A stretch of 64,000 nt of DNA. Origin: Nemertoderma westbladi. Lineage: Eukaryota; Animalia; Xenacoelomorpha. Under the pieces are notes generated by a model. It saw nothing but the letters and a program-made list of their open reading frames with translations. It was not told the DNA's origin and made no database searches. The position numbers and the translations under genes are program-made. Positions 28,201 through 39,030 of the stretch are shown piece after piece; position 1 is the first letter of the stretch, and each line of letters begins with the position of its first letter. The DNA is taken from contig JAUCBJ010001861.1 of the NCBI GenBank assembly GCA_032718475.1, positions 62,001-126,000 on the forward strand, written 5' to 3'.

Positions 28201-28679
28201 CGGTCCTACGAATTACCCCAAAATACCCCAAAACACCCCAAAATACCCCAAAACACCCCAAAAGACCCCAAAATAGTATAAAACTACCCCAAAATACCCC
28301 AAAATAGTTTAGAATTACCCCAAAATACCCCAAAATAGTTTAGAATTACCCCAAAATACTTTTTTTCAGCCTTTGTTTTGGAAATTTAATTTACCCCAAA
28401 ATATGGCAAAATGACGAATTACCCCAAAATAATGACGAATTACCCCAAAATAATTAAAATTTTTTTCTTCACTCTCGTTTATTGTTTTGGTTAAAAAAAC
28501 TTGCCACTGTAACCTGCTCCTTTCCCTCGCTGTTAAAAAACATGGTTAGCTTATTTTGGGGTATTTTGGGGTAATTTTTTAGCCTTTTTGGGGTATTTTG
28601 GGGTAATATTTGACTATTTTGGGGTATTTTGGAGTATTTTGGGGTGTATTGGGGTATTTTGGGGTAATTCGTAGGACCC
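28201..28679. mobile_element. MITE with long TIRs built of ACCCCAAAAT repeats
   Basis: TIR GGTCCTACGAATTACCCCAAAAT / ATTTTGGGGTAATTCGTAGGACC and flanking 8-bp direct repeat GAAGTGAC (28193-200, 28680-87). Confidence 0.9.
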
Positions 28680-30180
28680 GAAGTGACAACATTCTGACAT
28701 TATTCGGCAAGTTATTCCACGGGTCGGGCAGTCGGTGAGCACGTGGTTTGTATACCGTAGTTTGAGTGAGTGCCGGCGATTATTAGAGTTCGTTCTGAAA
28801 AAAAAATGTCGCCACTATACCTCATCGATGCCGGTTAACATGCGATATGTGATATGTTTGGATTAAGTCTGCATGATTGTTGATTGCAGCCCATTGTACG
28901 TCAGCACTCAGCACGTAGCCACCACGGTAGATAGATAGGCCTAGTGCAAGGGATGGCAGCATCCAAGCCAGTTTAGCTCTTCTCATACTGTCATCATAAG
29001 GGTCTCACATCCTTGACCGCCATCCTTCTGGTGGCATCTCACACAGTTATAAAAACTTTCCATAATTGCCTCTGGTACCTACTGACTGAAAGGGGGTACG
29101 GTACCCCTTTGATAAAGCAACGTCTAACATGCCCTTGCCTTAATGTATAGGCCTAGATCTTCCTGGCGATAGAATGATTCATAGAGTTCTTCCTCTTCAG
29201 CTCTTATAGTTTTACTATGCGCTCTGTCCCATCTTCATAAGTCAGTCTGTATAATGAGTCGTACATTTGGTCAACCCCAGTGTAGTAGGATAATGTTTGA
29301 TAAAGCTAACCAAACACCTATTCTTTGGAAGATCTTTCGGGTCTCTCTTTTGTTGCTGGACCACCTTGAACCATTGTAATTGGCCTAGATCTGTTTACCA
29401 GATAGTCTTCTTGATTGTGTTCTTTAACAGTTTAAGGCCATCATGTCAGCATGTGGCGATGTGCAAGCCGAGGATCCAACTCAAGGTCACTATAGGCCTA
29501 CATATCCACCTAGATCTGTCGATATCTATATACATACCGGTATCTACACATATCGTTCCTTTTAGGCGAATATGCGACGAACATTCAGACATTGTAAACT
29601 TGGCCTGCCCGACTTGCTCGGCACTGGTTTGTATTTTGCTCTGCACCAGTTTAGTTTTCTAATTGCTATAATTTCTACGCCGGCACTGGCATATATGCCT
29701 CGGCTGCACCGAGGCATTAGTTTCTGCGCCGGCCTGCACCGGCGCTTGCTTCTGTGCGCCGGAGATCTCCCTGAAAGTGCCGAGAGATTCCAGTCTGGGC
29801 TGTACCTGGTACCTGTGCCCTGTCTGCCTGTACAGCTGTAGGGAGACAGAGATATCGGTAGCGGAGAAGTCCTGAATATGGAATACGACATGACGTACTG
29901 CTACTGCTGTACTGACGTAGGCAGGTAGCGAGGTAGGTACCGTATCCAGTATCACGTATACACGCCGTCCTTACTGCCTTATATCAGTACTGCAGTACAG
30001 CAGTAGGGCCTACCTGAGTAGGCTACTGCAGTATAATATTCCAGTATTCTATATCTGTAATTGTTACAGTGTTAAGTAGACGGGTTCCAGGTATTTGCCG
30101 ATTTGAACTGCTGAACTGACTCGATGACGAGGAGTCAGGGCTGCAGGGGTTGTATTTTGTATTTGACCGATTTTATATGC

Positions 30181-30253
30181 CTACTACGACTAGGATCGGC
30201 ATGCTGCATTGCAGCTGCATTTTTAAGAATGCTGTGCCGGCTTATCGACAAAA
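30181..30253 (-). mobile_element. Very short 3' end of RTE-type LINE
   Basis: Matches 51373-51445 (ATCGGCATGCTGCATTGCAGCTGCATTTTTAAGAATGCTGTGCCGGC), preceded by a CTA-repeat tail. Confidence 0.7.
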
Positions 30254-31857
30254 GATATTAAATTATAAAAAATTATTTTATATGCCTATGGCTGTATGGC
30301 TGTATGGAGACTAGAAACTGGAAAAACGAAAACTGTACGGACCAGAGACTTAGCTGCTTAGCCCTGGTCAGCCTGTAGCCTATATATACTGATATATCTC
30401 TGTATCAGTGTATCTGGTATCTGTATATCTCATATTTCAGTGTTCAGTAGGCCTATCTGTATATATCAGTATATACTGATATAGGCTACTGAATATGGCA
30501 TACTGGCAGGTACTGCTGTACTGATTTAAGCTGAAAGCTATAAGAATTAGGCCTACCGGGTAGCTGGGCGAAAGCTACGACAAAATCCTAAATACTAGCC
30601 TAATTCCTAAAGCTACGAAAGTATGATATACTTGCCTAGGCCTATTGAAAAGTTTTGTTTTCTACGCCGAACGCGTCGCCAAGCCAAAAAATCATGCGCC
30701 GGCTTGGTGGAAAAGCTACGCCAGCAAATAAAATAAAAATAAAAAAAATAAATAAAAAATAAATAAAAAAATATAATAATTGGCCTTCAGCGAACGATAA
30801 TTCTTGAAATCTTTCAACGCATATATCTCAGTTGTTTCTCAACGAAATTCAGATATTGTTACATATTTCGAATGATTTCTAATGATATGAAAAAATTACG
30901 ACTAATGTGAAAAATGTCCACGATACGGAGGGTGCGATTTCGCAAAAGACACTTTTTTAAAACGCTTATAAAAAACATTTAAAGGCAAAATCGAAAATTA
31001 CGGCTTCATGGGGTCATCGACGGTGAGTGGAACTAGTGGTGTTTAAAATTTCAAGCAATATGATAAAGATTTGTAGAAAAATCTGGTGGGGGGGTCCGTA
31101 TCTCCAGGAAATGACACTATATTACGGGACATGGTGTACTGTAGTATTATTTTTCCGTGGCTTTCTATTTTGGAAAATGAAAGTTTTTTCTTTCAGCAGT
31201 ATTCGAGAAAAAAGGCAACTACCGTTCTAATATTATCAGTGTTATTTATTTTAAATATATACCTCATAACTTTATACTTCGCATTCCTTTCCTACAAGAG
31301 ATTGCTACAGTAGCTTGTTAATGGCAGTCAAGTTTCAGGAAGAAGATCCGTAAAGAATGCTGTGGATGCACATTGATCTCCAAATTGACGCAGTAACGTC
31401 TAGGCTAGGTTGACTGTATCAGGTTTCAGATCTCTTGATCCCAGCTGAATTCATTCATATTCTGTTGGTGAGGATATCCTTTAGATTGTCATTTGTTCCA
31501 GGTAGGGGCAGAACCCATGTAACTACTACTGTACAAGGGCATTAGTTCACCTTGGGTCACCATTTTCAACGAACTTTTTTAGTACATGTATTAAAAATAT
31601 TTTTTCACTATAATCTTGATATATTTACAACACATGGAAGACAAACCTTTCTTTTTCACGTTGTTTTTTAAAATATGATTTTTATGTTTCTAGAACATTG
31701 AGACAAATTAGCTAAAGAGTGACTATTTTTCAGTGTTTCTAATGTTAGTTAATAACAGTGGCGGATCTAGGAATTTATGAAGGGGGGATGGGGTCACTTT
31801 TTATAACCCCCCTCCCCCCCACCCCCATGAAATTAGAAATAGAAAGCTAATAGATAT

Positions 31858-32763
31858 TAATTATTTATTACATGGGAAAAAAAAGTAGAACTTTTTTTCA
31901 TTATTCTCGAGGTATTTTATTTACCGGGCGTCAGCGAGGTTAATAAAGGGTCGACAGAATATTGAAAAAAAATGTTCTACGTTTTTTTCCCATGTAATAC
32001 GTAATTTTATTTTTAAATTGCTACTTTTTTGTTGCTAAATTCTTTAATAAAACCTAGCGAAATACTGCAGTACAGTAGTGTTGCAAATTAAATTGAACTG
32101 TTGCAGTACAGTATTTTACTATATTGCTTCCATAGTTACTGCGATTCAAATTATTGTACTCTTCAACTCTCGATGTTGCCTTACTCATTGTTACAATAGT
32201 TGCAGATAAGGAAAACAGTTATAGACCGATCAGTGACAAAAAGTGTAAATTTGGCTTATATTTCGAACAACAGTTCTTATTCAATAGCCTGGCTTTTTGT
32301 CACTGATCGGTCTATAACTGTTTTCCTTATCTGCAACTATGCATAATACGGTGACTAGGGCACGCACGTACTTATTGAAATCATTGTTACAATAATTTAG
32401 TGTTCGCGAATATTTATTACGTAACTAGAGAGCCGCTTAATTAATTACATAAACCAATATTGGATATTGAGTTCCGTTTTGGAGTACACTTTGTAGACAC
32501 TAAAGTGGCAATAACTTTTGAGTGAGTGAATGGATTTTGCTCAAATTACTTGTAAACCTTTTCTACGCCGATGCTCTTTCAATATATGTAATAAAATTTA
32601 AGAAATTCCACCAAAAATATATTAATTTACTTTTTCGCCGGGAAAAAAAGTAAAATCAATGCAATCCTATGGGTTACTTTTTTTTCCTAGGGAAAAAAAG
32701 TGAAACTTTTTCTCTCGATTTTGGACTAAATTCGAGCGAAAAAGTAACAATTTAAGAATAAAA
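31858..32763 (-). repeat. Dispersed ~0.9-kb repeat family, copy B (inverted), carrying a fold-back insertion
   Basis: Reverse-complement match to copies A and C. Confidence 0.85.
32196..32340. repeat. Perfect 48-bp inverted repeat with a 49-bp loop
   Basis: ATAGTTGCAGATAAGGAAAACAGTTATAGACCGATCAGTGACAAAAAG at 32196-32243 and its exact reverse complement at 32293-32340. Confidence 0.93.
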
Positions 32764-32926
32764 TTTGTTTTTACAGTAGTAGTTTACAGGCCCGTAGCCA
32801 GGGTTTTAAAAGGGCAGTTCTTTTTTTTTACCAAAAAAGGGTACTTTTTAATTCGTTTAACTAATGAAATATAGGTCTATCCATTGGTTTAGCCAGAGCA
32901 TATTAAGGTAGGAGTAGGGTGGGGGA

Positions 32927-33065
32927 CTACTACTACTACTGTAATCGGCCTGCCGCATTGAAGCAGTACAATGAGATGCTATGCTGGCTTGACAAAAGTA
33001 TTTTGTCAACACCATGCAATCCACAATCGGCAAGCCCAATTCAGCGTGCATTAGGAATTCCATCT
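32927..33065 (-). mobile_element. Short 3' end of RTE-type LINE
   Basis: (CTA)n tail followed by sequence similar to 37872-38005. Confidence 0.65.
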
Positions 33066-34119
33066 AATTGTAAACACCAAAAAACTAATGTAAATCAAAA
33101 ATAGAGATGTTACAAATCAATCATATTTCATGAAATGTAATTTTCAAAAAACGCCTCAAAAAAGTTCCAAAAGTAGGGGTTAAAAAATGGTGCTATAACT
33201 CGAAAACTTCTCAATATTTTTGAAAACCGTTTTCACTATTAGGAAGAAAATAGATTTTTAGGAAAAGTCATAAAATTTCAGATTCCCCACTGCGTTTGTT
33301 TCAGAGTTTTAACAAAAAACACGGGGGGGGGGGGGTGGTCATATTGACCCCCCTCGGGTTTAATAGAGTTGACGCCGCCAGAGCCCGTACAGTAGGCCTA
33401 CTAAATATTTATAGAACATTTATTTTAAATTATACGAAAATAATTTTAGCTAGTTTCCCTAGCAATATGCGAAAATTAACAATAAATGATTATATCCGAC
33501 TGTTCGTTTGTGACTAGCCGCAAACCGCAAATACTCCCAACGCATGTATCTGATGTTATACTGTATAATGTGCAGGAGCCACCCGCTGAGTACTGAGGTG
33601 TGTTCCTTGCACTTTTAGTAGTAATACGGTTGTTGAATGTCGAACCATGTGTGACGAAGGTCAAGGCGCTTTAATACCTGTTGAATCGCAATTATTATTA
33701 TACTACTGTATGGTAACATTGGATTACCCCCCCCCCCCCCCCCCCCCCCACGCCACGTCTCCGAAACCTGTAGTTATACTAACCTGTGTGTTATAATCAT
33801 GAAACGTAAGCAATCGACAAATGACAATTACGTATCAACATTGATAGTTTTTTTTAATCTGTGGGTTTTCGATTACGTAGGTAGTTTTGTATTTCAGTAT
33901 TTGTTATTTGGGAGTATAAAAAAATAATACAAAAATCCATACATAATACAGCAATAACAATGCCAAAAGCTACAGCTAAATAGATATCTATATATTATTA
34001 ACATGACCGAGCGCGAGCATGTTAGACAACATAACCATAACAATGTGACAACCAGGTCACCTGGAATCAGATAGAAAATCGATGTATAAATTTTATGTAT
34101 AAATATTATTTTCCATGTA

Positions 34120-37100
34120 TTATCGAGTGGACTGTGCGGAAGTCGGTTTGCTTCTGAGTCTCGACATTTCATTGGCGAGTGCGAGTTTCCTAATGTGAGC
34201 GATGCAACCGGCTGCGTTCTCCTGCAGGTCGTGGTCGCCTGACCCTACCATCCGAACGAGTAACTGGACCACAGAATGCTCGTGCATAGTGATACAGTTG
34301 GTGGGCTCCCTGGACAGGTTGTTGAGGGCCCTGGAGGTGGACCTATGGACCGCCTCATCATCCGACCTCAGGTAATCGACCAATGGGGCCACCGCTCCCT
34401 CTTCTCCGAACGCCACCCTATTATTCCCCCAAGTGCAGCAACGAGCAATAGCTTCCGCAAGGTGTTGCCGCAGCAAATCCTCTCGAGTCGGAGTCAAACT
34501 CGCCAACAACGGGACCACTCCGTGATCCGTTATCACTGCCAGATTTTCTTCATCGTTGGCTATGTTAGCGATAGCGGCGCAAACACTCGCCAACACCTCG
34601 GTGTGATCCGACTTTAATAAACTCACAATCAACTCTAAACCACCAACGAATGATCGCACCATCTCACCCGCGTCCTTCGCGTTGTCTATACACGGACAAA
34701 TAGCCCAGGCGGCACTAGCTTGAACCTCAGGGTTTTGGTTTTTTAATAGAGACCATAAAAGACGAACGCCGTCTAGACGGTCAATCATTATCATGCTATC
34801 AGGGTCGGAGGCACAGGCTCCTACCGCGTTGGTCGTATTAACCAATAGCGATTGGTTGGTTCCAGTTAGTAGGTTAATGAGTGGAGGAATGCCACCGGAT
34901 TTACGAATCTGAGTTCTGTTCTCTGAAGACTTTCCGCACTCACTGATCGCGCCAACCACATTCACTAAGACCTCTTCCGGTTGATCCTCCAATAAGGAAA
35001 CTAACTGCTGTATGGTCTTTAGATCCTGGAATTTCTGAACGTTCTCATGACTAATCCCCAACTTCCATATGGCCCCGGTGGCGGCCGCGAGTAACCCTTT
35101 ATTATCTGTGTTCTGAAGAAACGCTACCAACGGATCCAATCCTCCGTATTCCCGGACTAAATCCCGAGTCTCTTTGTCCTCTGCGCATTTAAATATCGCG
35201 TTAGCGCAATGCTCCTGGAGTAACTCATTCTCACTGTGTAAACCTTTGACTAAATCCTTAATCATACCTTCCGTTCGGATAGCCAACCGATATGTTTGCT
35301 CTGAAGCACATTCTTGCAGAGTTCCAACCACAGGGATTAACATACTATCATGAGAAGACTTTAATAACTTGGCCAGCAACGGAATGGCTCCGGATTTTCT
35401 CATTGTATGTTTGTTCTTTGTGCTCTTTGAGCAGCTCCATAACGCAGTGGCTCCGGCCTTAGCAACGGCTATATCAATATCTTCTTCAACACCAGCGGGC
35501 TTGTCTAATCCAGGGCAGTCCATTAACTTCACCAATTTTGCAATGCCACCATAGGTTCGCACTGATTTTCTGGCTCTTTTGAACTTCGCTACATTCGCTA
35601 TGGTTTCTGCGGCAAGGCACTTCAACTCTTTGTTGTCAGAACTGAGAATACTGACCATGGTCTGGAGACCACCTAAATCAGCAATCGCTTTGCGAATCTG
35701 TACGTTACATGAAATCTCCTTGAGAATTTTTAAAGCTCCGATTTTACATTTAATATCTTTAGTCTCCAGGAGATTAAGAAGCACCTCCAACCCTCCAACA
35801 TCCCGTATAGCAAACTGACAAGTCTCTTGCCCTAGGTTGAAGTCACGCAAAGCACAAAGCGCTGTGATTGTGGCTGTCTGGTTTCCACCCTTGAGGTATT
35901 TAACTAGTTTCTGTATCTGCCAGTATTCAGAGGGCAGGTCTGCCAGAGATTCCTGTCTTCCTACAGGAGCATCCTCTTCTTCATCAGACTCACTACTGCT
36001 CTCACTGAAATCGCTGTCTCTTCCCGATGCCGATCGCTTCATTCGATGCGACGATCCTCTCTCCCCTGGTTTCTTTATCCTCACGGATTTCTCCCGCTTC
36101 TCGTGATGCTTGCTCTCATCTTCCTCATCTGCATCCACCCCAAGATTCTGCCATTTCAATGAGGGTTCCAACTTCTGTTTATGTTCGTGTTTCTTTTTGT
36201 CATGGCCCCGTCCATGACCTTTCCTTGCACTTCGATCGTAGTCACCCTCACCTCCGGAGAAATCTTCTCTCTCGTATTCACCATCCACCATCTGATCGTA
36301 GATGATAATTTCTCCAGAAGTATCTTCCTGAAGCGAAAACTCCTGCTTTGAAATATTCTCTGTGAAGGCGGGGCTCTTTGCCTTAAGTAGCTCGAATATA
36401 TTCTTGTAAATTTCCCCGATACGTTCATAATCAAGTTCATCTGCTTCTTTCTCCCTCCCCTTTATCTCGAATACACCTGCAGTACTGGCAGTGGCCCAGA
36501 AGGCTTCTGTGTCCAACGGCACTACATGCAGGGAACAAATTTCCCCATGAACTTGCCTCCAAGGCGGAGAACGACAAGCATTGGAGAAAATAAAAGCAGA
36601 AGAGAATTCGATAGAAGTTACAACAACTTTGTGCTTGTCCGCACGACCACTGGAGAACCCCTTGAGTAGCTCAACCTCTCTGTTAATCTGCGCCGGAGTC
36701 AATCGAACTTCGTCCGATATCGTCTTCAAGGAAGAATTCATTAGTTGCATATCGAGTTGTTGTACAATCAACATAAACCGCAATTTATTCGTGGTTTCGT
36801 CGGCCGATTCTCCTTCTTCCCGTCTCACTTGTTCCAACATTCGGAGGGTTGTAGAGTCATCATCGGATGTTGCGAAACCTGCACCCAATATTTTCGCGAT
36901 TGGATCGCGATTTTCTTCCAAACAAGATCGCGCTTCGGTTAATTTCTTTTCTGCGCCGACTTGCACTGCCTTAATTAGATGTTCCATCGTCCAGACGCTG
37001 ATGATCCCATTTTCAAGCGTCATAGCAACTTCCCCATTTGCGTCTGTTGCTTTGGTATTCTCTGCATCACTGCTCTGGGTGGTCCAACTCAATGGCTCTT

Positions 37101-37263
37101 TAAAACGAAGTTTCGCTTCTTGAGGGTGTTTTTGTGGGAATCCTTCCACAAACTTAATAATTTGATTAAGAATCGATTCATTGATTGGAGTGAATGCCAA
37201 CCTACCCTTCCCGCCGTCCGCAGCAGTAGTCCATTCCGCAGCTCGAGTTAAAGCCTGTCCCAT
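34120..37263 (-). CDS. ARMC4: Armadillo repeat-containing protein 4 / outer dynein arm docking complex subunit 2, single-exon CDS (1047 aa)
   Basis: Diagnostic segments PPWRQVHGEIC, DLPSEYWQIQKLVKYLKGGNQTAT, AIRDVGGLEVL.NLLET, KDAGEMVRSFVGGLELIVSLLKS and ENLAVITDHGVVP, plus ARM repeats. The first ATG is at 37263 (MGQALT...). Confidence 0.95.
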   Translation of the reverse strand: MGQALTRAAEWTTAADGGKGRLAFTPINESILNQIIKFVEGFPQKHPQEAKLRFKEPLSWTTQSSDAENTKATDANGEVAMTLENGIISVWTMEHLIKAVQVGAEKKLTEARSCLEENRDPIAKILGAGFATSDDDSTTLRMLEQVRREEGESADETTNKLRFMLIVQQLDMQLMNSSLKTISDEVRLTPAQINREVELLKGFSSGRADKHKVVVTSIEFSSAFIFSNACRSPPWRQVHGEICSLHVVPLDTEAFWATASTAGVFEIKGREKEADELDYERIGEIYKNIFELLKAKSPAFTENISKQEFSLQEDTSGEIIIYDQMVDGEYEREDFSGGEGDYDRSARKGHGRGHDKKKHEHKQKLEPSLKWQNLGVDADEEDESKHHEKREKSVRIKKPGERGSSHRMKRSASGRDSDFSESSSESDEEEDAPVGRQESLADLPSEYWQIQKLVKYLKGGNQTATITALCALRDFNLGQETCQFAIRDVGGLEVLLNLLETKDIKCKIGALKILKEISCNVQIRKAIADLGGLQTMVSILSSDNKELKCLAAETIANVAKFKRARKSVRTYGGIAKLVKLMDCPGLDKPAGVEEDIDIAVAKAGATALWSCSKSTKNKHTMRKSGAIPLLAKLLKSSHDSMLIPVVGTLQECASEQTYRLAIRTEGMIKDLVKGLHSENELLQEHCANAIFKCAEDKETRDLVREYGGLDPLVAFLQNTDNKGLLAAATGAIWKLGISHENVQKFQDLKTIQQLVSLLEDQPEEVLVNVVGAISECGKSSENRTQIRKSGGIPPLINLLTGTNQSLLVNTTNAVGACASDPDSMIMIDRLDGVRLLWSLLKNQNPEVQASAAWAICPCIDNAKDAGEMVRSFVGGLELIVSLLKSDHTEVLASVCAAIANIANDEENLAVITDHGVVPLLASLTPTREDLLRQHLAEAIARCCTWGNNRVAFGEEGAVAPLVDYLRSDDEAVHRSTSRALNNLSREPTNCITMHEHSVVQLLVRMVGSGDHDLQENAAGCIAHIRKLALANEMSRLRSKPTSAQSTR

Positions 37264-37414
37264 TGTAAACAAAAACAAATATATATTAAACAATAAAAAA
37301 TGTTATGACGATATGTGAAATAATTACTTACAACAAACTGATAACGTTTAGCTATCTGATATTGTGTAGGCCAGTAACTTGTAGTAGAGTTAGGCTGTAA
37401 TAATGTTTATAGCG

Positions 37415-37452
37415 GTTACCATAGCACATGATTACATTGGTTGCCAGGATAC
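37415..37452. promoter_or_regulatory. Paired RFX X-box-like sites upstream of ARMC4
   Basis: GTTACC-AT-AGCACA (37415-28, imperfect) and GTTGCC-A-GGATAC (37440-52), 150-190 bp upstream of the ATG. A forkhead-like TGTTTAT lies at about 37404. Confidence 0.6.
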
Positions 37453-37871
37453 GTAAGTATTTCTAAGCACCTAACTTTATTAGAAGAAATCAATATTGGA
37501 GGATAATAATGATTATAAGTTCCGGTTAGGTATTTAAGGTTATTTATTGTAAGGCGGCTGATTTACGATAATTTATTTGTATTTTTGCATATAATATTAA
37601 TATATTTCGTGATTGCGAGAGAATAGTTATCACTGGATCCCACCAATAATACCTTGCCTATTATTACTTAGTATCAACCCGTATGTATGTATGTGTCCAC
37701 CACATCTCGAACTAATCTCAATGAAAACGGGATTAGGATATTAGAAAGCACTCACCCTAACTCGTTGCAACAACGTATACATATCGAATCGCTTGTTGTC
37801 AGTTTTCTTGGGCGATTTATTAATTAGGGTAAAATTGATTAATTAGACAATTAAATTAATTACCGATACAC

Positions 37872-38226
37872 TACTACTACTAGAATCGGCCTGCTGCATT
37901 GAAACTGCACATTGAGATACTATGCCAGCTTAACAAAACCATTTTGTCATCATCATGCTATCCACAATTATTGGCAAGCCCAATGCAGCGTACATTAAGA
38001 ATGCTATGCCGGCTTATTAACAAAGTTGCACCGCCACAACTCCCTATCACCCATGACATTTGCTAGGTCATCCGCATCTTCAAGGCCAGTGTCCTTTAAG
38101 AGGCGTCTCACGAAAGCCATGGGCTGTCCACCATGCTTATTTTCAACATGGGGCTGCCAAAGCACAAGATTGTGCACAAGCTGGTCCTCACGGCGAAAAC
38201 AATGTTCTGCAAAGCGGAGGCGGCTT
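37872..38226 (-). mobile_element. 5'-truncated RTE-clade LINE (ORF C-terminus, 3'UTR and (TAG)n tail)
   Basis: The minus strand translates as RLRFAEHCFRREDQLVHNLVLWQP...LLKDTGL...MGDRELWR, typical of RTE ORF ends. Homologous to 51400-51660. Confidence 0.8.
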
Positions 38227-39030
38227 TGTGATTATACAATTTATTATAATTAGGTTAACTATAAGAAAGTTTGAGATGCCAGTTATATTCGATGAAAAAT
38301 TATGGGTTGGAGCTGGGTTAAATATATTTAATCAAATTTCAAATATAATTATAAATATATTTCGGTAGCTCAGCGCTAGCATTATCAATAAAGTACTAAT
38401 TCTAAATATAAATTATTGCAGAATTGACTACCGTAACGTACGACTTGATATATGTTGAAAATTACACAAAAAACATAATAAATTTTTGTAACCAAAAGAA
38501 CAAAAACATATGCTACTATATACGCTACTTTAACTTGATCCAACCCAGAATTTTTCATCGATAATAATTAGGGATAAATCTCGTCGAATAGGGTAGTTTT
38601 TTGGGAGTTTTGGTACGGCGAACTATACAACAAACAGTACAGCATCTTGACGCACCCCCAAACACATACTACTGTATGTTATGCTCAGTTACAGCTAGTT
38701 GTTCCCGGTAGGAAAACAATGTGAGAGGTCCAGTTATGCGTGGGTCCAACACGCTTTAGGTATTCAGTGTTGATCGTTTTGCCTTCGCACCATCAATGCT
38801 ACACGCTCTGATACACAAAGGGTTTAAACTTATAGGGTTGCCATGTTGTTGTAAATATCAGTAACTGATGACTTAATAGTAGACAATGTCGGGTGTTATA
38901 ATACCTTGTAAAGTATAGTTATCACCATAAACAAAAGTTTATTTCAAAATCCCAAATGTCTGAACGTCATTCCATGAACTTCACACAGTCGGCTGAAGCC
39001 GGAGGTGACCCGAAGGCTACTCTTTCGATA

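Noticed and set aside
28476-28512. V(D)J RSS-like arrangement (TACAGTG - 13 nt - ACCAAAACA on the minus strand)
   Set aside because: The essential CAC of the heptamer is absent, the heptamer-like TG is not conserved in other motif copies, and no RAG/Transib gene is visible.
28210-28670. Telomere-like CCCCAAAA repeats (also TTTGGGA at 14.2-16.1 kb)
   Set aside because: They are subterminal repeats of a TIR element or an internal microsatellite, not TTAGGG arrays or chromosome ends.
29000-29960. Possible gene or transposase remnant
   Set aside because: The composition is coding-like, but all frames are interrupted and no motif was recognisable.
34276-37251. Plus-strand ORFs overlapping ARMC4 (likewise antisense ORFs over gag, HSP70 and INSIG)
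   Set aside because: They are shadow ORFs of real coding sequence.
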